A DNA stretch of 64,000 nucleotides from Orbicella franksi (taxonomy: Eukaryota). A model generated the notes under the pieces. The model saw nothing but the letters and a program-made list of their open reading frames with translations. It was not told the DNA's origin and searched no databases. Positions 60,720 to 64,000 of the stretch are shown here, one piece after another (the first letter of the stretch is position 1; every line of letters begins with the position of its first letter). Location of the stretch: contig OZ116702.1 of the NCBI GenBank assembly GCA_964199315.1, positions 12,090,001 through 12,154,000 on the forward strand, given 5' to 3'. Both the position numbers and the translations under genes were made by a program.

Positions 60720-62284
60720 AGATATTTTAAACCTGTAGCAAACCGTGGGAGAAAATTGAGCCGTGAGAATTCTCCACAAAAGTACGACAAAATTGCATTG
60801 AAATAGATACTGAATTAATTTTAGACCGACACAGGACTGTCTTCCAAGTAAATGGCGCCAAGTTGCATTGCGTAGCCTGTTCCAAAGAAATGAAGATGTA
60901 TTGGATAGCCTGTGCATAGCTGCAGCAAAATTGCTCTGAACTTTTGCGGGCCCTGAATCTTACTGGCTTGTTCCTCGTCGTTAGAGTGTACACAAACCAA
61001 TTATTTTCATATACTTCATACACAAACCTCAAAATGCATGGTGACGAATAGCCTCGATCTATCTTAACAATGCTTTACTGGCAGGAACAGTGATCAGTAC
61101 TTAAGTCAAATGGAACTGATGAATTCTAAGATTGTAAATGAGATGTCAACACAGATGACTGGGAATTAAGTTGGGCTCGATCTTGACCTGGCAACGAGCA
61201 TGCGCGCTTTATAACTCTTTTCCTTCATTTTGATAGAATTTCAAGTGGTTTGTGGAGTATAGTTTTTGTTAATTATTATTTTCTGTTAAGAAAGGAGGTT
61301 CATTATTATTTGATCTGTCACCGATGTTTGCGAGTCGTTAGACATTTTTTAAAATTACTTCAAAAACTCATTGGTAATTCATAAAGGAAATACAATAGAA
61401 ATTAATGTTTAATGATTGTCTTTATATCTGGTATAGACAGGGCTAAATTTTACGTCCGATTTTCGAGACCAAAATAACCCGTAATCAAAATGTTCCTGTA
61501 AGAATGAATAGATGTACTATAGCGCAATGGACAGAATACTGTTTACTGAGACTACAAAGAATACGCGTTAGTATGGCGGAGTTTGGGCAGGAAAATCATG
61601 CGAGGCCCGCCATGCCCGTGATGTAGCCATGTAACTCAAGTCAGAACATTCAGCGTTGGTAAGGTATTTGCTCAAATTTTTAATATTAAGACTAGCAGCT
61701 CTCAGGAATATTCTATATTTTAATTCTGATTTTATCTCAGCGAATATAGTAATTGTAAGTTGTAATTTTATTGTAAATAGTTCCCCACGATCCACATTCG
61801 CGTTCCGCGTTCCGAGTTCAAGGTTCCAAGTTTCAAGTTCGGGAAAATTTGTTAAACAAATACTCTCGAGCAATTTTGAGTATTTGTGGCATCAAACTTC
61901 ATCGGATCTCGAAATCTCGACAGCCTTTGCGATCTCATTCACAGTGCATTTATTTCGGTGTCGAAAGCTTGCATGTTTTGGTCTTGGTCTCGGCGTCTCG
62001 GCGACATTCGTCACCCCTAATAATTGCAGCATCATTAGCTTTGAAAAGAGCAGTGTTATGGATTGCTAGCCTGAGTAAACCTCTGGAATCAAAATTAGAC
62101 CTGATTTCCCATGGTAAACGAAAAATAACAGCCAAATTTTCTTCAAAACGGCTATTTTAGCTCACAAATGAAATCAATTTTGAAATGTTTTTGGCTACGC
62201 ATAGCTAAGATAATAAAAGGCCTCTATGAGGACATGTGCTTACTGGTATTTAAATAGAATGATGTTGACAGTCAAACAAGACAG

Positions 62285-62545
62285 GGTAGGTAGAAAACGC
62301 GGGACCGGGCTCCCGGGGTGCGGGGTCTTGGGGTGCGGGGTCCCGGAGTGAGGAAAACACGGGATGTGGGGAACACGGGGTCTGTTGGAAAACACGGGGT
62401 CTGATGGAAAACACGAGGTCTGGTGGGAAGCACGCGGTCTGGTGGAAAACACGGGATCTGGTGGAAAACACGGAGTCTGAGTACAAAACACGGTGTCTGA
62501 GTGGAAAACGCGGGGTCTAAGTGGAAAACACGGGGAATTTTCCTC
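62285..62545. repeat. 19-20 bp tandem repeat (GGAAAACACGGGGTCTGGT)n, MITE subterminal type
   Basis: About 9 units. Explains the Pro-rich ORFs at 62240-62563. Confidence 0.85.
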
Positions 62546-63254
62546 GCTAAAATGAGAAGCCAAAATTTTGAATTTAATGGTAAAGTAACACCTAGAATGG
62601 GTGAAACTCTGCCTTCAGTGGCAGAGTATTTTGATGTTTCAGTCCTGGGTTCACTTAACTTTATGTGCGTTGTGGCAAAATCAACGCCGCCGACAAATTA
62701 GCGCCCGCTTCTTTGTTTACTCAAATAACAAAAAAATCTATTTAGCTCACACTCAAGGAAACGTGAATTACTAGCACTTCGTGGAAATTTTGGTCACTAT
62801 AACTAATGCTTTTAGTTTAAAATATACATATAGTGGAGAAAGCGTCACCTACTCGGTACGGCAGTGTTTTGACGAGCGAGATGTTTATAAAGTCGGTTTG
62901 GCTGTAACGTCTCGAGCATATGTTTTTAAATCCTGTGTTCTATTCCCCTCCGGCTCCTTATTTCTTATTTCGTTCCGCAGCCACTGAGCTTGTGCCTCTG
63001 CTCTGGTAGTCGCTGTACGTAATTGCAGCAAATAAGATGTCACGTACAACTTTTAGACCGCCTAAGCGCCAATATGGTAGTCGGTGACCTTATTACATTT
63101 GGGGCCAAATTGTATTGCATTTAAGGCCAAATTTAATTACATTTAGGACGTCCTTTATTACATTTAGGGACACTGATTTGTTACATTTGAGACCCCAACA
63201 GCGGCTAGTGGGGCCGAGCAAGTACAGAAACAAATAATTCAAATAAGCATAATA

Positions 63255-63420
63255 TGATAAGAATCCCAACTGGCCAGAGGTAAGGCAATTGGCTATTTGC
63301 AAGAATGACCGAAAAGCTGAACCGGGGACTACCTAAGAACAACACCGGCTAGTGGCTAGAGCGAGCCGGGGTGACCGTCTTGAAATCCAGCACCCTAACC
63401 GCTCGGGCATCCTGCTTCCA
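63255..63420 (-). mobile_element. tRNA-derived SINE, degenerate
   Basis: AAGAATCCCAACTGG...TTGGCTATTT...CAGCACCCTAACCGCTCGG is a reverse-complement tRNA head plus body. Confidence 0.65.
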
Positions 63421-63514
63421 TCCTTTCAATTGGTGATGGCAGCGTAATATTGAGACCTAATCCGCTTTACTTAAATCACTTTCTGATGAATTCATGATCA
63501 TTACATTACAATAC

Positions 63515-63590
63515 AATAATGATTACATTACGTTACGTTACGTTGCGTTACGTTGCGTTGCGTTGCGTTACACTGCATTACATTACATTT
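63515..63590. repeat. Compound pentanucleotide microsatellite (TTACA/TTACG/TTGCG)n
   Basis: Read directly from the sequence. Confidence 0.9.
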
Positions 63591-63712
63591 TGTTGAGTCT
63601 AAACACACTTGACTCAGTATTGACTAAATGCTACGAAGGACCATCTGAGAAATCATATGCCACGTGATTATTACATAAAAACCAACTAGCAATTACTAAA
63701 CTATTAACGCCA

Positions 63713-64000
63713 CGATGGGAATTGATTTTTATTTTATAGACTCAATTAGATGTATTCAATTTGAACTGTGTTCCCTCTGACACAGATGATTAAACAGGTG
63801 TTTATCTTCCCATTGCAAACATTGGTAGATAATTCAGCTTCCGCTTTGCGGTTTCCAAAAAATATGGAGACAATCGACTGGCAGTTACTAAAGTACTTAC
63901 TCCGATGATGGAATTTTTATTTTATAGACTCAATTAGACATATTCCGTTTGAACTGAATTACCTCTGACACAGAAGATTCGACAAGTGTTTTTCTTCCTA
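63713..64000. repeat. ~190-bp direct repeat, second unit running off the window
   Basis: TTTTATTTTATAGACTCAATTAGA...TTTGAACTG...CCTCTGACACAGA at ~63726 and ~63915. Confidence 0.75.

Noticed and set aside
61656-62160. 137-aa and 103-aa overlapping ORFs
   Set aside because: They are Ser/Phe-rich low-complexity sequence with no motif or splice context.
62240-62563. Pro-rich minus-strand ORFs
   Set aside because: They are the translation of a 19-20 bp tandem repeat.
1-64000. Prokaryotic defence island or horizontal transfer (CBASS-like reading of the nucleotidyltransferase)
   Set aside because: All genes have spliceosomal introns or animal-type domain context. The NTase has Mab-21 helical-lobe motifs typical of animal cGLRs.

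Overview
Eukaryotic genomic DNA, about 38% GC by eye, with GT-AG introns and a SINE/MITE repertoire that looks like a scleractinian coral. The taxon and all family names come from recognition; no search was run. (1) 2.7-31.7 kb: a tandem array of three paralogous type-I membrane receptor genes on +. The architecture is signal peptide, EPN/WND C-type lectin domain(s), 45-48 nt Pro/Thr stalk micro-exons, an optional FN3, a Cys-rich I-set Ig, a TM and a four-tyrosine tail. All introns are phase 1. Copy 1 shows only its Ig and TM exons in the window. Copy 2 has disabled CTL and FN3 exons but intact SP, Ig and TM exons. Copy 3 is an intact 8-exon, 564-aa ORF. The tails differ: copy 3 has an ITIM, copy 1 a YxxM and copy 2 an ITAM-like motif. 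(2) 34.1-34.9 kb: single-coding-exon LRRC27-like gene (+). (3) 36.2-38.7 kb: two-exon cGAS-like receptor (Mab-21/cGLR) with a TPR-like C-terminus (-). (4) 40.1-47.5 kb: decayed intron-containing GALNT2-like pseudogene (+), head-to-head with the cGLR. (5) 53.4-60.7 kb: intact six-exon CRT-like (chloroquine resistance transporter-like) gene (+). Transposon remnants throughout include Helentron, MULE-like foldback, Sola3-like, AcademH-like with a RecQ fragment, Kolobok-like, Harbinger-type MITEs and tRNA-SINEs. There is also a kelch pseudogene and a DEDDh exonuclease remnant. The best candidate for an undescribed system is the CTL-Ig receptor array with paired activating and inhibitory tails.
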